From an uncultured Nitrospiraceae bacterium (GTDB lineage: Bacteria; Nitrospirota; Nitrospiria; Nitrospirales; Nitrospiraceae), in contig CAWJWJ010000002.1 in the NCBI GenBank assembly GCA_963846575.1, forward strand, positions 160,001 to 224,000: 64,000 nt of DNA. The letters run 5' to 3'. The position numbers and the translations under genes are program-made. Each line of letters opens with the position of its first letter. The first letter of the stretch is position 1. The notes under the pieces were generated by a model that did no database searches, was not told where the DNA came from, and worked only from the letters and a program-made list of their open reading frames with translations. Below, one piece after another: positions 38,136 to 49,899 of this stretch.

Positions 38136-39347
38136 TCAGCTACCTCTGCCCGCGAGCGACTCCGAACGCAAGCCCAGAGCGGTCTTGATTTCAGAGACAA
38201 TGATTTCAGGAGGCATTGTCATGCCGCCACACACATGAGGTCCAGCATGGACCCGCTCACTGTTAGGAATGGTCGATTTGATTTCTTTTGCCAGCCAGCC
38301 GGTCACATTGAACTCCGGCACAAAAATGTGTTTGGCGTTCTTTGTGGCCTCACGAATTTCTTCTCCGGGCCAGGGTCGAAGCGACTTCACCTTCACTAAG
38401 CCGCAACGCAAGCCCTCGTCTTCAAGGAGGCGGATGGCCTCTCGGCCTTGCGAAACGGCCGTACCTGAAGCAACAATCACGATATCTGCATCGGTATTTT
38501 CCGTGTCAACCAGGCCGTTGATCCATTTAATTGTATGTTTACGGGACCGTTCTATCGCTGCCCAGATCTCCTGCTGCCATGACGCATGAGTGGCATAGCT
38601 GATGTAGTTGCTCTTCATGATAAAAGGATCACGCATCATCCGAACAGGAGGGCACTCCATGTCCATGCACGGCACAGGGGATCGATACGGATCATATGGC
38701 GGAAGGCACATGTCGGCAGGCGTGAGATTGACGACATCTTTGGTGTGGGTCACAAAGAATCCATCACAACAGAGCGCTAGCGGCAAATGCACTTCGGGTT
38801 CCTCGGATACCATGAAGCCTTTCAGAATCCAGTCGAAAAAATCCTGGGCCGTTTCTGCATGCCAAACAAGCATACCGGTATTCAACAAATAGGAAATTTC
38901 GATGGTATCTGGCTGAATTGACAATGGCGAATTAATCCCGCGGCAAGTGACGATCATTTGAATGGGAAGACGTGCTCCTGCCCACATGGGAAAATTTTCC
39001 ATGGCACGCATCGTTCCGGGACCGGCAGTCGTAGTGAACACGCGTGCACCGCCGAATGCCGCACCTGCACACTGGGACATGACGGCAAATTCGCTCTCGC
39101 CACGGAAATAATCACCGATATAACCCTCGGCAAACAACTCCCCGATGAGAGCTGCAGCTTCGCTTTGTGGGGTAATCGGGTATGCAATCATGACGTCGCA
39201 ACTGGCTCGCCGGAGGGCCTCCTTGATAACCTCGCTTCCGGTATAGAAAGAGGGATTACGGGGGGCGTCGTGCATCATCGTCCAGGCGTCTGTAAACGTT
39301 TGACCTTTTTTATTCTGTGTCCCGATCAGGGATTTTGTTTCCGCCAT
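38136..39347 (-). CDS. porA: Pyruvate (or 2-oxoglutarate):ferredoxin oxidoreductase alpha subunit
   Basis: AYPITPQS, ESE, TTTAGPG, DGFFVTH, LRPWP. Confidence 0.9.
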   Translation of the reverse strand: MAETKSLIGTQNKKGQTFTDAWTMMHDAPRNPSFYTGSEVIKEALRRASCDVMIAYPITPQSEAAALIGELFAEGYIGDYFRGESEFAVMSQCAGAAFGGARVFTTTAGPGTMRAMENFPMWAGARLPIQMIVTCRGINSPLSIQPDTIEISYLLNTGMLVWHAETAQDFFDWILKGFMVSEEPEVHLPLALCCDGFFVTHTKDVVNLTPADMCLPPYDPYRSPVPCMDMECPPVRMMRDPFIMKSNYISYATHASWQQEIWAAIERSRKHTIKWINGLVDTENTDADIVIVASGTAVSQGREAIRLLEDEGLRCGLVKVKSLRPWPGEEIREATKNAKHIFVPEFNVTGWLAKEIKSTIPNSERVHAGPHVCGGMTMPPEIIVSEIKTALGLRSESLAGRGS

Positions 39348-39397
39348 GGTCTTGGCCTCCTTTCGATCTTCGTTAGAAGAGTTGAAACCTCTCGTCT

Positions 39398-40033
39398 TTA
39401 GTTGGAAGCGCTTGTCTTGGCCGATGTCAGTCTTGGTTTCACCGTGCCTTTAAGTTTGCGGATCCAATCCCCCAGTCTTAAGATTTTCTCAACTGAGGCA
39501 TCTCTGAAAGAGAGCATGGCATCTTCGTGCCCTGCCTGAGCACACATAGCAACCGTATAGCATGAGGTGCCACCGCGAATAATCTTGAGAGATAAGTTCG
39601 CTTGGTGACAGTGTACGCCAATGAACATGCAGCAGTCGATTTTGTTATGCCAAATTGTTAGATTAGGGTGGTTCGGATTAATTTCGACTTCGGGATTGAT
39701 CTTCGGATACTTCGGACGATAGTCAGGCATGGGGATCAGCATCGGCTTTTGACCTGGCTGAACGCATTCTTTCAAAATCTCATATAGTTTTCTGACGGCG
39801 GCTGCCTTCTTCGCTGCTTTCTCGTTCCATGCCCAGAGAACTAAAGGGCCAGGGAAAATTGTTGGAACCTGTGCCATTAGAAATTGCCGAGCCGCTTCCT
39901 CGTAAGCCTTTTCTTCTGGCACGATTACACCATTAATATGCGCCTCCCCTGGATTGGGTAGATAAATACCCATGGATGCCGCAGCCGGGGGGAGGAAATG
40001 TTCTGGGCCTGGTAGCACGCGATACTGAGTCAT
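39398..40033 (-). CDS. porD: Five-subunit 2-oxoacid:ferredoxin oxidoreductase delta subunit
   Basis: First gene of the operon; PTIFPGPL, MPDYRPKYPKI.PE.EINPNHPN, GVHCH as in Aquificota/Nitrospirota five-subunit enzymes. Confidence 0.8.
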   Translation of the reverse strand: MTQYRVLPGPEHFLPPAAASMGIYLPNPGEAHINGVIVPEEKAYEEAARQFLMAQVPTIFPGPLVLWAWNEKAAKKAAAVRKLYEILKECVQPGQKPMLIPMPDYRPKYPKINPEVEINPNHPNLTIWHNKIDCCMFIGVHCHQANLSLKIIRGGTSCYTVAMCAQAGHEDAMLSFRDASVEKILRLGDWIRKLKGTVKPRLTSAKTSASN

Positions 40034-40244
40034 TCGGACCTGCTCTCTTTCTGGGGTTTAACAAACTTGGAGAAAGGGATATCCTCGGTTATAGCGTGAG
40101 GTCGAGTCACTCTATGCTTTCCCGGCGGTTCCCTGCAAGACGGCAGAAGGCCCACTTATGGGAAATTAAGGGCTAGCATCTATGAAAGCGGTTAGGCCTT
40201 TGGAACTAGAGTGATCAGACTTGAGCGAACAGATCTAAGTGCGC

Positions 40245-40274
40245 ATTATAGGGGGCATTCTTTAAGGTTGTCAA
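40245..40274 (-). promoter_or_regulatory. Consensus sigma70 promoter of the oxidoreductase operon
   Basis: Minus strand TTGACA-18 nt-TATAAT. Confidence 0.8.
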
Positions 40275-40380
40275 TCTGTCTTGGGAGGGCTGGGTGCTGA
40301 TCGGTTCGGCTGATTGTTCCGGTGGGAGGCCATGGGCTGGCAAATTCAGGCAAAGTTTCCTCTGGTTTTAAATAGCCCCG

Positions 40381-40665
40381 TCAGACGTTAGTTGCAGAGG
40401 GCAACACTTGTTGAAAGGGGTGCACCTCTATTCGTTCGAAAACGCCTTCCACTGTGTAAGGGTCATTTTGAGCGATCTGCCGTGCCTGTTCGAGGGACTC
40501 TGCCTCAATAATTATTAGGCTACCCGCTTTGTCCGTGAACGGGCCAGCCAGAACTACTTTTCCCTCTCGCCTGAGAGGCTCCAGGCCGGCAAGGTGCGCC
40601 GCCCGATGAATTTTTCGTTTTGCCTGTCCATCAGGTCCATCATACCCTAGAATGACGAATTTCAT
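40381..40665 (-). CDS. YciI family protein
   Basis: R..HR.AHL, LAGPF, GSLII, NDPY...GV. Confidence 0.9.
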   Translation of the reverse strand: MKFVILGYDGPDGQAKRKIHRAAHLAGLEPLRREGKVVLAGPFTDKAGSLIIIEAESLEQARQIAQNDPYTVEGVFERIEVHPFQQVLPSATNV

Positions 40666-40684
40666 GGTTCACATTTAGAGCACA

Positions 40685-41098
40685 TTATCCTGTTACTCCA
40701 TCCAGGGGGTGCCGATCTTTGTAGCCACATGAAACTTCATGCCACCATTGGATTTGGTCTTCACCAAATTTCCAGCAGAGGTACACGACGCGGTCTGCCA
40801 ACTGATAGGGAAAGTCGCACAGCCCTAAATCAACATCCTTTATGACTACGCCAAGTTCATGAATGGCCTGCAAGCTACCACTAATCTCATGAAGAGCCCT
40901 GATATAGAGTGCCCCTACCGGGCTTCCTCCTCCGGAGGCTGCCTGCGCACTGGCTTTACCCACTTCTTCCTTAGTGCTAGATATAACAGCCTTGGCTCGT
41001 CGAACAGCAGCGAATCTTTGGTTGAGTTGAGGAACCAGTTCATTGGCCTCTGCCAATGTGAAGATGCGTTCGGGTGCGTCATTATCGGATTTTGCCAT
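40685..41098 (-). CDS. DUF2203 family protein
   Basis: FTLAEAN.L.P, GVVIKD...GLCDFP, VYLCWK.GE..I.WWH....G...R.PL. Confidence 0.85.
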   Translation of the reverse strand: MAKSDNDAPERIFTLAEANELVPQLNQRFAAVRRAKAVISSTKEEVGKASAQAASGGGSPVGALYIRALHEISGSLQAIHELGVVIKDVDLGLCDFPYQLADRVVYLCWKFGEDQIQWWHEVSCGYKDRHPLDGVTG

Positions 41099-41281
41099 GA
41101 ATATTTTCCCGAGGTGATCTTTAGCACATCACTTGATGAGCTTCAACAGTGTTAAGGTGAGAGTAAGGTACAAAGTGAGCCGTTGATAAACGGTGATGGA
41201 CCTGCCGGTTCGTCTAACAGTAGTGATTCAGGGTGGAGCAAATAAGTTTCTCGTATATCAGGCACAGTGACCATTAATGGG

Positions 41282-41310
41282 TTGACATACTTCGTAGTGG
41301 AGGCTAGAAT
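41282..41310 (+). promoter_or_regulatory. sigma70 promoter of rho
   Basis: TTGACA-17 nt-TAGAAT. Confidence 0.8.
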
Positions 41311-41597
41311 TAGGGCAACTTCGCAATCCTAGTAAATAGTTTTTACCTTCTTTGCGCCAACTCCCGAGACCCACTCAATCGTAAATATTCCAGGGCGTCT
41401 CAGCGTTACTCGTGCAACAGTGAATCATTTTCATTTCCGCGAAACTTAAGCACTAACATCTTCAGCATCGAACCAGCCAGTCTTACACAACCAGCAGGTT
41501 GACACCGAGACAATCACCTCCGTGAATCATTCATGAGCACTAAATCGTTTTTCTCATTTTGGGGAGCTATCAGGTCGAGAGCCTGATAGGGAAGGGT

Positions 41598-42869
41598 ATG
41601 ACACAGGTTAAAGCGGAAGTTATGCATCTTGCGGAACTCAAACAGAAATCCATTGCCGATCTGAATGAAGTGGCGCGAGATCTAAAGATCGAAGGTGCGG
41701 CGAATCTACGCAAGCAAGAACTCATATTTGCCATACTCCAGGCCCAGACAGAGAAAAACGGAGTGGTGTTCGGTGAAGGGGTATTGGAAACCCTGCCAGA
41801 TGGATTCGGATTTCTCCGGGCTCCTGACTCTAACTATCTGCCTGGCCCGGATGACATCTATATTTCACCGTCCCAGATTCGACGATTCAATCTCCGAACA
41901 GGCGATATTGTCTCCGGTCAGATTCGGCCGCCGAAGGAAAGTGAACGCTACTTTGCTTTGCTCAAGGTGGAAAAGGTCAATTATGAGGATCCAGAGGTTG
42001 CACGCGACAAGATTCTCTTTGACAACCTAACGCCGCTCTACCCCGAGGAACGACTTAATCTTGAATTTGACCGTGAGGAATACTGCACCCGTGTAATGGA
42101 TCTCACAACACCAATCGGCAAAGGCCAGCGCGGTTTGATTGTCGCAGCCCCGCGAACCGGAAAAACGATGCTCTTGCAGGCAATCGCCCGCGCCATCCTC
42201 AAAAACCATAAGGAAGTCACCTTAATTGTCCTCCTGATTGACGAACGACCCGAAGAGGTCACAGACTGGCAACGTCAGGTGAAGGCTGAGGTCATTAGTT
42301 CCACCTTCGACGAGCCCGCGCAACGTCATGCGCAGGTCGCGGAGATGGTTCTTGAAAAAGCGAAGCGGCTTGTTGAGCATAAGAAAGATGTCGTGATTTT
42401 GCTCGATAGCATCACTCGCTTGGCCAGGGCGTACAATACAATTGCGCCTCCCAGCGGGAAGGTGCTTTCAGGCGGTTTGGACTCCAATGCCCTTCAACGT
42501 CCCAAGCGGTTCTTTGGCGCCGCCCGCAACATCGAGAATGGCGGAAGCTTGACCATTATGGCCACCGCTCTGATCGATACCGGTAGCCGCATGGATGATG
42601 TGATCTTTGAAGAATTTAAGGGAACCGGCAACATGGAAGTCCATTTGGATCGACGCTTGGCGGATAAGCGCCTCTTCCCAGCAATCGACATCAGTCAATC
42701 CGGAACGCGTAAGGAAGAGCTCCTTGTGGATCGCGATCGCTTGAACAAGATGTGGATCTTGCGCAAGGTCTTAAGTCCATTAGGTACTATGGAGGCTATG
42801 GAGTTCTTAATGGACAAGATTGGCGGAACCAAAACCAATCAAGAGTTCTTGCAGTCCATGAATCGTTAG
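41598..42869 (+). CDS. rho: Transcription termination factor Rho
   Basis: [53 protein letters not shown]. Start 41598 or 41622. Confidence 0.98.
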   Translation: MTQVKAEVMHLAELKQKSIADLNEVARDLKIEGAANLRKQELIFAILQAQTEKNGVVFGEGVLETLPDGFGFLRAPDSNYLPGPDDIYISPSQIRRFNLRTGDIVSGQIRPPKESERYFALLKVEKVNYEDPEVARDKILFDNLTPLYPEERLNLEFDREEYCTRVMDLTTPIGKGQRGLIVAAPRTGKTMLLQAIARAILKNHKEVTLIVLLIDERPEEVTDWQRQVKAEVISSTFDEPAQRHAQVAEMVLEKAKRLVEHKKDVVILLDSITRLARAYNTIAPPSGKVLSGGLDSNALQRPKRFFGAARNIENGGSLTIMATALIDTGSRMDDVIFEEFKGTGNMEVHLDRRLADKRLFPAIDISQSGTRKEELLVDRDRLNKMWILRKVLSPLGTMEAMEFLMDKIGGTKTNQEFLQSMNR

Positions 42870-42966
42870 ACCGCCGCTTGCCAGCGCGAGCCACTCCAGT
42901 GTAAAGTCGGTCACCCTAAGTTCAAGATCTCTGAGGTAACGAACCAAGCGTCGTATAGGAGCAGAT

Positions 42967-43173
42967 ATGCAAAAGGGAATTCATCCAGTGTACCGAGAAG
43001 CGACGGTCCATTGTGCTTGCGGGAATACGTTTAAAACGCGATCCACTATTGGAAACATTAAGGTCGACATCTGTGCAGGATGCCATCCATTCTTTACAGG
43101 AACCCAGAAAATCGTCGATACCGAAGGGCGTGTTGAACGGTTTAAGAAGAAGTACGCCAAAAAAGAAAAGTAG
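42967..43173 (+). CDS. rpmE: 50S ribosomal protein L31 (Zn-binding type)
   Basis: [28 protein letters not shown]. Confidence 0.97.
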   Translation: MQKGIHPVYREATVHCACGNTFKTRSTIGNIKVDICAGCHPFFTGTQKIVDTEGRVERFKKKYAKKEK

Positions 43174-43194
43174 GCCTCAGTCAGGACATAATGG

Positions 43195-43233
43195 AGACCC
43201 TGCTTCCTTTTGGGGCAGGGTCTTTTGTTTTTT
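43195..43233 (+). terminator. Intrinsic terminator after rpmE
   Basis: AGACCCTGCT...GGCAGGGTCT stem followed by TTTGTTTTTT. Confidence 0.75.
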
Positions 43234-43267
43234 CAGCCAAGAGGCTTAAAAGCAGAATGGGCAAGAC

Positions 43268-44350
43268 ATGGAAGATGTGCTGATCAAGAAATGGGAGGGG
43301 ATCGCCGCGCGCTACCAAGAGCTGACCAATCAGCTCATGGATCCGGTCATTCTCAATCAGCCTGGTATGATTCACAAGCTGAATAAGGAGCGGACCGAGT
43401 TGGAGCCGGCGGCGCTTCAGTTCGTCACCTACTGCGAGATGAAGAAACAGCTCGAAGAAGTGTCTGTCTTGCTTCAGGACCCCTCAACGGGAAGTGAAAT
43501 GAAGCAGCTGTTTATGGAGGAAAGTAGCCATCTGAAACTGCAACTGCAGGATCTGGAAAATCAAGCCATAGCCTCACTCACTCCCAAAGATCCGCGGGAT
43601 GAGAAAAATGTCTTTCTCGAGATTCGCGCCGGGACCGGAGGAGATGAAGCGGCATTGTTTGCCGGCGATCTTTTTCGCATGTACCTGAAGTATGCCGAGC
43701 GCAACCGACTTCGACTGGAAGTAGTCGACGCATCCGAGACAGGTATTGGTGGATATCGCGAGGTCATCGCCCTGCTTGAAGGAAAGGGGAGCTATGGACG
43801 GCTCCGTTACGAAAGTGGCGTGCATCGTGTCCAGCGTGTCCCTACGACAGAAGCGAGTGGGAGAATTCATACCTCGACGGTCACTGTGGCGGTTATGCCG
43901 GAGGTTGATGAGGTTGAGGTAAATATCGATCCCAAGGATTTACGCATTGATACGTTTTGCTCTTCCGGAGCCGGTGGGCAAAGTGTCAATACAACCTATT
44001 CGGCGGTGAGAATTACCCACATTCCAACCGGAGTCGTCGTGAGTTGTCAGGATGAGCGGTCCCAACTAAAAAACAGGACTAAAGCCATGCGAACTTTGCG
44101 AGCGCGCATTGTAGAAGCTGAACGAGAAAAACAGGATGCGGAAATCGCGCAACACCGGAAGGCACAGGTAGGAACGGGGGATCGCAGCGAAAAGATCCGT
44201 ACCTATAACTTTCCGCAGAATCGGGTAACGGACCATCGTATCGGTTTGACGGTGCATAAACTGGATCAGGTGCTAACAGGTGATTTGGAGGAGATCGTGC
44301 AGGCCTTACGTGCTCATTACGAGCACTTGGCTACGATGGAGTCTCGATGA
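43268..44350 (+). CDS. prfA: Peptide chain release factor 1
   Basis: [21 protein letters not shown] (PxT), GAGGQ, RTYNFPQ. Confidence 0.97.
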   Translation: MEDVLIKKWEGIAARYQELTNQLMDPVILNQPGMIHKLNKERTELEPAALQFVTYCEMKKQLEEVSVLLQDPSTGSEMKQLFMEESSHLKLQLQDLENQAIASLTPKDPRDEKNVFLEIRAGTGGDEAALFAGDLFRMYLKYAERNRLRLEVVDASETGIGGYREVIALLEGKGSYGRLRYESGVHRVQRVPTTEASGRIHTSTVTVAVMPEVDEVEVNIDPKDLRIDTFCSSGAGGQSVNTTYSAVRITHIPTGVVVSCQDERSQLKNRTKAMRTLRARIVEAEREKQDAEIAQHRKAQVGTGDRSEKIRTYNFPQNRVTDHRIGLTVHKLDQVLTGDLEEIVQALRAHYEHLATMESR

Positions 44351-45273
44351 GTGCTCAGGGGCAAATAAGCTGCACCTCTTCGCTCAATATCGGAAGGTTG
44401 TTAGTTGAAGCCGAGGCCCGACTGAGCGCGGCCGGGATCGAGCATCACATGCTTGAGGCCGCGTGGTTGTTGGAGAATGCCCTCAATGTATCGCCCCTGC
44501 TGCAGCGGGTGAGTCCGGAACGTGAGGTCACGGCTGCAGGATGGGCGCGCGTACAGGAACTAGTCGCGCGACGCGCGCAGCGCGAACCACTACAATATAT
44601 ACTGGGTACGCAAGAATTCTCGGGTCGGGAATTTCATGTCACCCCCGCAGTGTTAATTCCCCGTCCCGAAAGCCGGTTGTTGGTCACCGAGACAATTCGA
44701 CGGTGTAAGGAAAATCCTGCAGCGACAGTGGTGGACGTCGGAACCGGCTCTGGCTGCCTGGCCGTGTCGGTGGCTGCGGCCCTTCCGGCTGCGAGAGTGT
44801 TGGCTATCGATGCTTCGCCTGAGGCGTTGTCGGTGGCCCGCGACAATATGAGACTGCATGGCGTTGCTGAGCGAATCGAGTGTTTTTGCGGTGATCTCTT
44901 ATCTGCGTTGGAAACGTCTCTCCCGATGAATGGGGCGGATGTAATTTTCTCTAATCCTCCGTATATTGCCGAATCAGACTGGATGGCCCTCCAACCAGAA
45001 GTCCGATGTTTTGAGCCACGGCTTGCTTTAGCTGGAGGGCGAGATGGCATGGACCTGCATCGGCGACTCATGCAGCAAGCACCCTTCTATCTCAAGCCCG
45101 GCGGAGTGTTATTAATGGAAGTGGGCGCAGGTCAAGCGAAGTCAGTCTGCCGCGTCGCACAAATGAGCGGCCGGTTTGTGGTTGATGGTGTTATTCGGGA
45201 TGAAGCCCGGATAGACCGCGTGGTGTGCTTTATCGAGAATGGTACCTGCTTAGGCCGCAGCACACTTCCGTAG
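44347..45273 (+). CDS. prmC: Release factor glutamine methyltransferase
   Basis: [26 protein letters not shown]; follows prfA. Confidence 0.95.
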   Translation: MSAQGQISCTSSLNIGRLLVEAEARLSAAGIEHHMLEAAWLLENALNVSPLLQRVSPEREVTAAGWARVQELVARRAQREPLQYILGTQEFSGREFHVTPAVLIPRPESRLLVTETIRRCKENPAATVVDVGTGSGCLAVSVAAALPAARVLAIDASPEALSVARDNMRLHGVAERIECFCGDLLSALETSLPMNGADVIFSNPPYIAESDWMALQPEVRCFEPRLALAGGRDGMDLHRRLMQQAPFYLKPGGVLLMEVGAGQAKSVCRVAQMSGRFVVDGVIRDEARIDRVVCFIENGTCLGRSTLP

Positions 45274-45303
45274 GTGTCAGAACCCATTCGCCATACCTAA
45301 TCA

Positions 45304-46560
45304 ATGGATCGAATCGTCATTCAAGGGGGAAGGCCGCTTCGGGGTGAGGTCCGCACGAGCGGAGCCAAGAACGCCGCGCTTCCTATTTTGGCCTCCTCGA
45401 TTCTTGGAGGCGGTGAGTGCGTCCTGTCAAATATGCCTCATGTGGTCGATGTCGTGACCATGGGAAAGTTGCTCGGCATGTTGGGAATCGCTGTGACACA
45501 CGAGGGCAACCATACCGTGGTGCAGGCCGACACAGTAGCGTCTACAGAAGCGCCCTACGATCTCGTTCGCACGATGCGGGCGTCCGTGTTGGTATTGGGT
45601 CCGCTGGTGGCTCGGTTCGGCGAGGCCAAGGTTTCACTACCGGGTGGTTGTGCCATCGGCTCTCGACCGGTGAATTTTCACCTGGCGGGCCTGGAGAAAA
45701 TGGGTGCCATGGTCGAAATTGAACATGGTTATATCAAGGCGACGGCACGCCGTTTGAAGGGGTGTCGGATTTATTTTGATACGCCCAGCGTGACCGGGAC
45801 CGAGAATCTCATGATGGCCGCCGTACTCGCGGAAGGCACCACGGTGCTCGAAAATGCCGCCAAAGAACCAGAGATCACTGATCTGGCGGAGTTTCTTGTC
45901 AAACGCGGAGCACGCATAGTCGGGGCGGGAACGGACATGATTACGATCGAAGGCGTTACAGCGCTGCACGGTGCGGATCATGAGGTGATCCCGGACCGAA
46001 TCGAGGCTGGTACCTACCTGATCGCCGGAGCTATAACCGGCGGCGAGGTGGTAGTAGAGCGTTGTCGGCCCGAGCACATGGAGCCTCTGCTCATGAAACT
46101 TCGCGAAAGCGGGGTGGAGTTGATCGAGGACAAGGAGCGGGTCTGCCTTAAGGTCTCCGGTCGTCTGAAGGGGACGAATGTCCGCACCAGTCCGCATCCT
46201 GGATTTCCCACAGATATGCAGGCTCAGTTTGTAGCGTTGATGGCAGGTGCCGAAGGGACCAGTGTGGTCACGGAAACGATTTTTGAAAGTCGGTTCATGC
46301 ATGTGGAAGAGTTGCGCCGGATGGGCGCTGATATCCGGGTCGAAGGAAACCGTGTTGTAGTGACTGGCAGGGAGCGGTTGACAGGCGCGCCGGTGATGGC
46401 CTCGGACCTTCGAGCCAGTGCCGGACTGATTGTGGCTGGACTTGCGGCAGAGGGCACGACCGAAATTTCTCGGGTCTATCACCTTGATCGGGGCTACGAG
46501 CGTCTCGAAGAAAAGCTTTGCGCTCTGGGCGCCAGCGTCGAACGCAGAAAGGGAACGTGA
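45304..46560 (+). CDS. murA: UDP-N-acetylglucosamine 1-carboxyvinyltransferase
   Basis: [40 protein letters not shown]. Confidence 0.98.
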   Translation: MDRIVIQGGRPLRGEVRTSGAKNAALPILASSILGGGECVLSNMPHVVDVVTMGKLLGMLGIAVTHEGNHTVVQADTVASTEAPYDLVRTMRASVLVLGPLVARFGEAKVSLPGGCAIGSRPVNFHLAGLEKMGAMVEIEHGYIKATARRLKGCRIYFDTPSVTGTENLMMAAVLAEGTTVLENAAKEPEITDLAEFLVKRGARIVGAGTDMITIEGVTALHGADHEVIPDRIEAGTYLIAGAITGGEVVVERCRPEHMEPLLMKLRESGVELIEDKERVCLKVSGRLKGTNVRTSPHPGFPTDMQAQFVALMAGAEGTSVVTETIFESRFMHVEELRRMGADIRVEGNRVVVTGRERLTGAPVMASDLRASAGLIVAGLAAEGTTEISRVYHLDRGYERLEEKLCALGASVERRKGT

Positions 46561-47258
46561 CGGTGAAGGCGAGGAGGTCGAACAAGGAGAAATTACCTGG
46601 TCTGACGATCGCGCTGTCCAAGGGGAAACTGCTGGGTCCGGTGTTGCAGCTTCTGCGGCAGGCTGGATACTACAGTCCAGGACTGTCTAACGAGAGTCGG
46701 AAGTTAATGTTCCCCTGTTCGTCTAAGGAGGCCACATTTCTGATTGTCAGGCCGACCGATGTACCGACCTATGTCGAGCACGGCGCGGCCGATGTCGGAG
46801 TAGTCGGCAAGGATGTGCTGCTGGAGCAGGAGAGTGATGTCTATGAGCCGTTGGATTTGAAGGTGGGAGCGTGTAGAATCTCCGTCGCCGCGCTGCAGGG
46901 GCAAGCTTCGCCGGACAGGTGGTCGTCGAAGATTCGGGTGGCCACCAAGTATCCCAACGTCACTGAACGCTATTTTAATCAGCGCGGGATACCGGTCGAG
47001 ATTGTCAAACTGTACGGATCCATAGAATTGGCCCCGATTGTTGGGCTAGCGGACCGCATCGTAGACCTGGTCGAAACCGGCAGTACTTTGAAGGCCCATG
47101 ACCTTGTGGAGGTCGAGGTGATCAGCGACTCCACGGCACGGTTGATTGTAAATAGGGCCAGTCTAAAACTGAAGCACGAGCCCTTGATGGCCTTGATCCA
47201 GCAGTTGCGAGAAGCGGTCGCTGGGGAGCAGAAAAGTCAACCGGTTTTGCGCAAATAA
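46557..47258 (+). CDS. hisG: ATP phosphoribosyltransferase, short form (HisZ-dependent)
   Basis: IALSKG, RPTDVPTYVE.G.AD, VATKYP, GSIELAP, DLVETGSTL; no C-terminal regulatory domain. GTG overlaps the murA stop. Confidence 0.95.
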   Translation: MTVKARRSNKEKLPGLTIALSKGKLLGPVLQLLRQAGYYSPGLSNESRKLMFPCSSKEATFLIVRPTDVPTYVEHGAADVGVVGKDVLLEQESDVYEPLDLKVGACRISVAALQGQASPDRWSSKIRVATKYPNVTERYFNQRGIPVEIVKLYGSIELAPIVGLADRIVDLVETGSTLKAHDLVEVEVISDSTARLIVNRASLKLKHEPLMALIQQLREAVAGEQKSQPVLRK

Positions 47259-47321
47259 CGCTGCAGGTCCCTCAGTATGGCACCTGATCCTGAGAGCGCT
47301 CGCAGTGACAGGACAAATGAC

Positions 47322-48605
47322 ATGACCATTTTTGCGAGTACCGATCCAACCTTTGCCAAGGCATTGTCTAAAATCGTGAACCGTTCGCAGTCTCAAGGCG
47401 CAAGCGTTGAGAAGAATGTGCGGACAATTCTCAAGGGCGTCGAACGAAGCGGGGATTCTGCGGTATTGCGTTATACGAAGAAATTCGATCGGCTCTCCTT
47501 GAAAGTCGACCACATGCGTGTGACTGCGGAGGAGATCAAGGAGGCGTATCATCACATCCGCAAGGGTGAAGGGGACTCCCTCCGGTATGCCGCGGAACGT
47601 GTGCGACAATTTCACGAGCGTCAGCGCACTAAAACCTGGATGTACCAGGATCAGACGGCCACGCTCGGCCAGTTGGTCACGCCTCTTGATGCCGTTGGCG
47701 TCTACGTGCCCGGCGGCAAGGCGGTTTACCCTTCCTCGGTACTCATGTGCGCGATTCCCGCGAAGGTTGCGGGGGTTCGGCGGATCGTCATGTGCACCCC
47801 CACTCCTAAGGGAGAAATCAATCCCTACCTGTTGGTCGCGGCGGATATCGCGGGTGTCGATGAAATTTACCGTGTGGGTGGAGTGCAAGCGATCGGCGCC
47901 ATGGCGTACGGCACAAAGACCATAGCCAAAGTCGATAAAATCGTGGGGCCCGGCAATATCTTTGTCGCAACGGCGAAGCGGCTGCTGTATGGAACCGTCG
48001 GAATCGACATGGTGGCCGGCCCCAGTGAGTTGTTGGTTGTGGCGGATGCTGATGCCAATCCGGCGCATGTCGCGGCAGATCTGCTTTGCGAAGCCGAACA
48101 CGATGAAGATGCGCAGGTCTATCTCGTCACTATTTCTGCCTCGCTCGCGAAAGAAGTGGTGCGCCTGCTCCAGCAACAATTGAAAGGGCTGCAACGCGAA
48201 AAGATTGCCTCTAAATCGATTGCGAGACACTTTGCGGCGTTCGTTGTGCCAACGATGGATGTGGCCATCGAAGTGGCGAACGACATTGCACCGGAGCACC
48301 TCACACTCTCGGTAGATCGGCCGTTCGACTATTTGGACCAGATTCGTCACGCCGGGGCATTGTTTTTAGGGCGTTACACACCGCCGGCTGTGGCGGATTA
48401 TGTAGCAGGCCCGAATCACGTATTGCCGACGGGTGCGACCGCGCGTTTCTTTTCTCCGCTATCGGTGAGCGATTACGTGAAGGTCAGTAATATCGTACAC
48501 TACACCAAGGAAGAGTTGACGAAGGCCAAGGATCATATCGTCCGACTGGCGCATATCGAGGGCTTCGATGCGCATGCCAAATCAACCCAGAGTAGGTTTT
48601 CATGA
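47322..48605 (+). CDS. hisD: Histidinol dehydrogenase
   Basis: [46 protein letters not shown]. Confidence 0.97.
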   Translation: MTIFASTDPTFAKALSKIVNRSQSQGASVEKNVRTILKGVERSGDSAVLRYTKKFDRLSLKVDHMRVTAEEIKEAYHHIRKGEGDSLRYAAERVRQFHERQRTKTWMYQDQTATLGQLVTPLDAVGVYVPGGKAVYPSSVLMCAIPAKVAGVRRIVMCTPTPKGEINPYLLVAADIAGVDEIYRVGGVQAIGAMAYGTKTIAKVDKIVGPGNIFVATAKRLLYGTVGIDMVAGPSELLVVADADANPAHVAADLLCEAEHDEDAQVYLVTISASLAKEVVRLLQQQLKGLQREKIASKSIARHFAAFVVPTMDVAIEVANDIAPEHLTLSVDRPFDYLDQIRHAGALFLGRYTPPAVADYVAGPNHVLPTGATARFFSPLSVSDYVKVSNIVHYTKEELTKAKDHIVRLAHIEGFDAHAKSTQSRFS

Positions 48606-49207
48606 AAAAAACCGGAGCCTCGAGACAAGCCTCGCTTCACCGCACCACGAAGGAAACTGACGTGCGTGTTGACTGGACCCTGGATGGTACCGGGCAGGGG
48701 AAGATTGACACCTCCATCCGGTTCTTTGACCACATGCTGGATCTTTTGGCTAGGCATGGATTCTTTGACCTGACCGTGCAGGCCAAGGGAGATACTGAAA
48801 TCGATGATCACCATACCGTGGAGGATGTCGGGATTGTCATGGGTAAGGCCTTGCATGAGGCGTTGGGTGAAAAGGCGGGTATCAAGCGATTCGGCTGGGC
48901 ATCGGTCCCCTTGGACGAAACTCTCGCCCAGGTGACTGTTGATATAAGCGGGCGGCCATATCTCGTCTATAACGTGACGTTGCCTGATCGAAAGATCAAG
49001 ACCTTCGACCTGGGTTTGTTTGAGGATTTCTTCCAGGCGTTTGTGACGAATGGTGGATTGAATCTTCACGTGAATCTTCAGTACGGGCGCAATCCGCACC
49101 ACATCATGGAAGCCATCTTCAAGGCATTGGCCAAAGCCCTGGATCAAGCCACGATGCATGAAGAGCGTTTGTCCGGGGGCGTACTGTCGACCAAAGGAAG
49201 TCTCTAA
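48602..49207 (+). CDS. hisB: Imidazoleglycerol-phosphate dehydratase
   Basis: [36 protein letters not shown]. Confidence 0.97.
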   Translation: MKKTGASRQASLHRTTKETDVRVDWTLDGTGQGKIDTSIRFFDHMLDLLARHGFFDLTVQAKGDTEIDDHHTVEDVGIVMGKALHEALGEKAGIKRFGWASVPLDETLAQVTVDISGRPYLVYNVTLPDRKIKTFDLGLFEDFFQAFVTNGGLNLHVNLQYGRNPHHIMEAIFKALAKALDQATMHEERLSGGVLSTKGSL

Positions 49208-49290
49208 ACCTACCCCCAGGCATGAAAGCCCCCGGCGAGTGGACTGTCCGAAACTCTCCATTGTCCGTATGATCAGCTACTAACATTATC

Positions 49291-49899
49291 ATGATTGCCA
49301 TCATTGATTATGGTATGGGCAACCTTCGGAGCGTCCATAAGGCGTTCGAAGCAGTCGGGCATCAGGCCGTGGTAACGCGTGAGGCGCGTGTCATTGCGGA
49401 CGCCAGCCATGTTGTGCTGCCGGGTGTGGGGGCATTTGGTGATTGCATGGCCAATCTCGATCAGTATGGGCTGAGCGACCCGATTCGCAGTGCGATCCAA
49501 TCCGGCAAACCTTTCTTGGGGATTTGTCTAGGGCTGCAACTATTGTTCACAGAGAGTGAAGAGTTCGGTATTCATAAAGGCCTCGGTGTGATCCCTGGCC
49601 GAGTCAGAAAATTCGTGTTGGATCCGAGCTTGAAGGTGCCGCACACGGGCTGGAATGAAATCGACATTGTGCGGGTACCGCCACCTCTGAGAGGGATCAA
49701 CTCAGGCAGCCATTGTTATTTTGTGCATTCCTATTACGTCGAACCGCTCGATCCCGGCGTGGTTGCCACGGTGACGGGGTACGGCCATCGATTTGCCTCC
49801 GCCGTGTGGAAAGACAATCTCGTCGCATGTCAATTTCATCCAGAAAAGAGTCAGGCTGTCGGGCTGCAGATCATCAAGAATTTCGGGGCCTGGACGTGA
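49291..49899 (+). CDS. hisH: Imidazole glycerol phosphate synthase glutaminase subunit
   Basis: IIDYGMGNL.S, PGVG, GICLGLQ, FVHSY, QFHPEKS. Confidence 0.97.
   Translation: MIAIIDYGMGNLRSVHKAFEAVGHQAVVTREARVIADASHVVLPGVGAFGDCMANLDQYGLSDPIRSAIQSGKPFLGICLGLQLLFTESEEFGIHKGLGVIPGRVRKFVLDPSLKVPHTGWNEIDIVRVPPPLRGINSGSHCYFVHSYYVEPLDPGVVATVTGYGHRFASAVWKDNLVACQFHPEKSQAVGLQIIKNFGAWT

Noticed and set aside
47163..48350. 395-aa antisense ORF
   Set aside because: Shadow of hisD.
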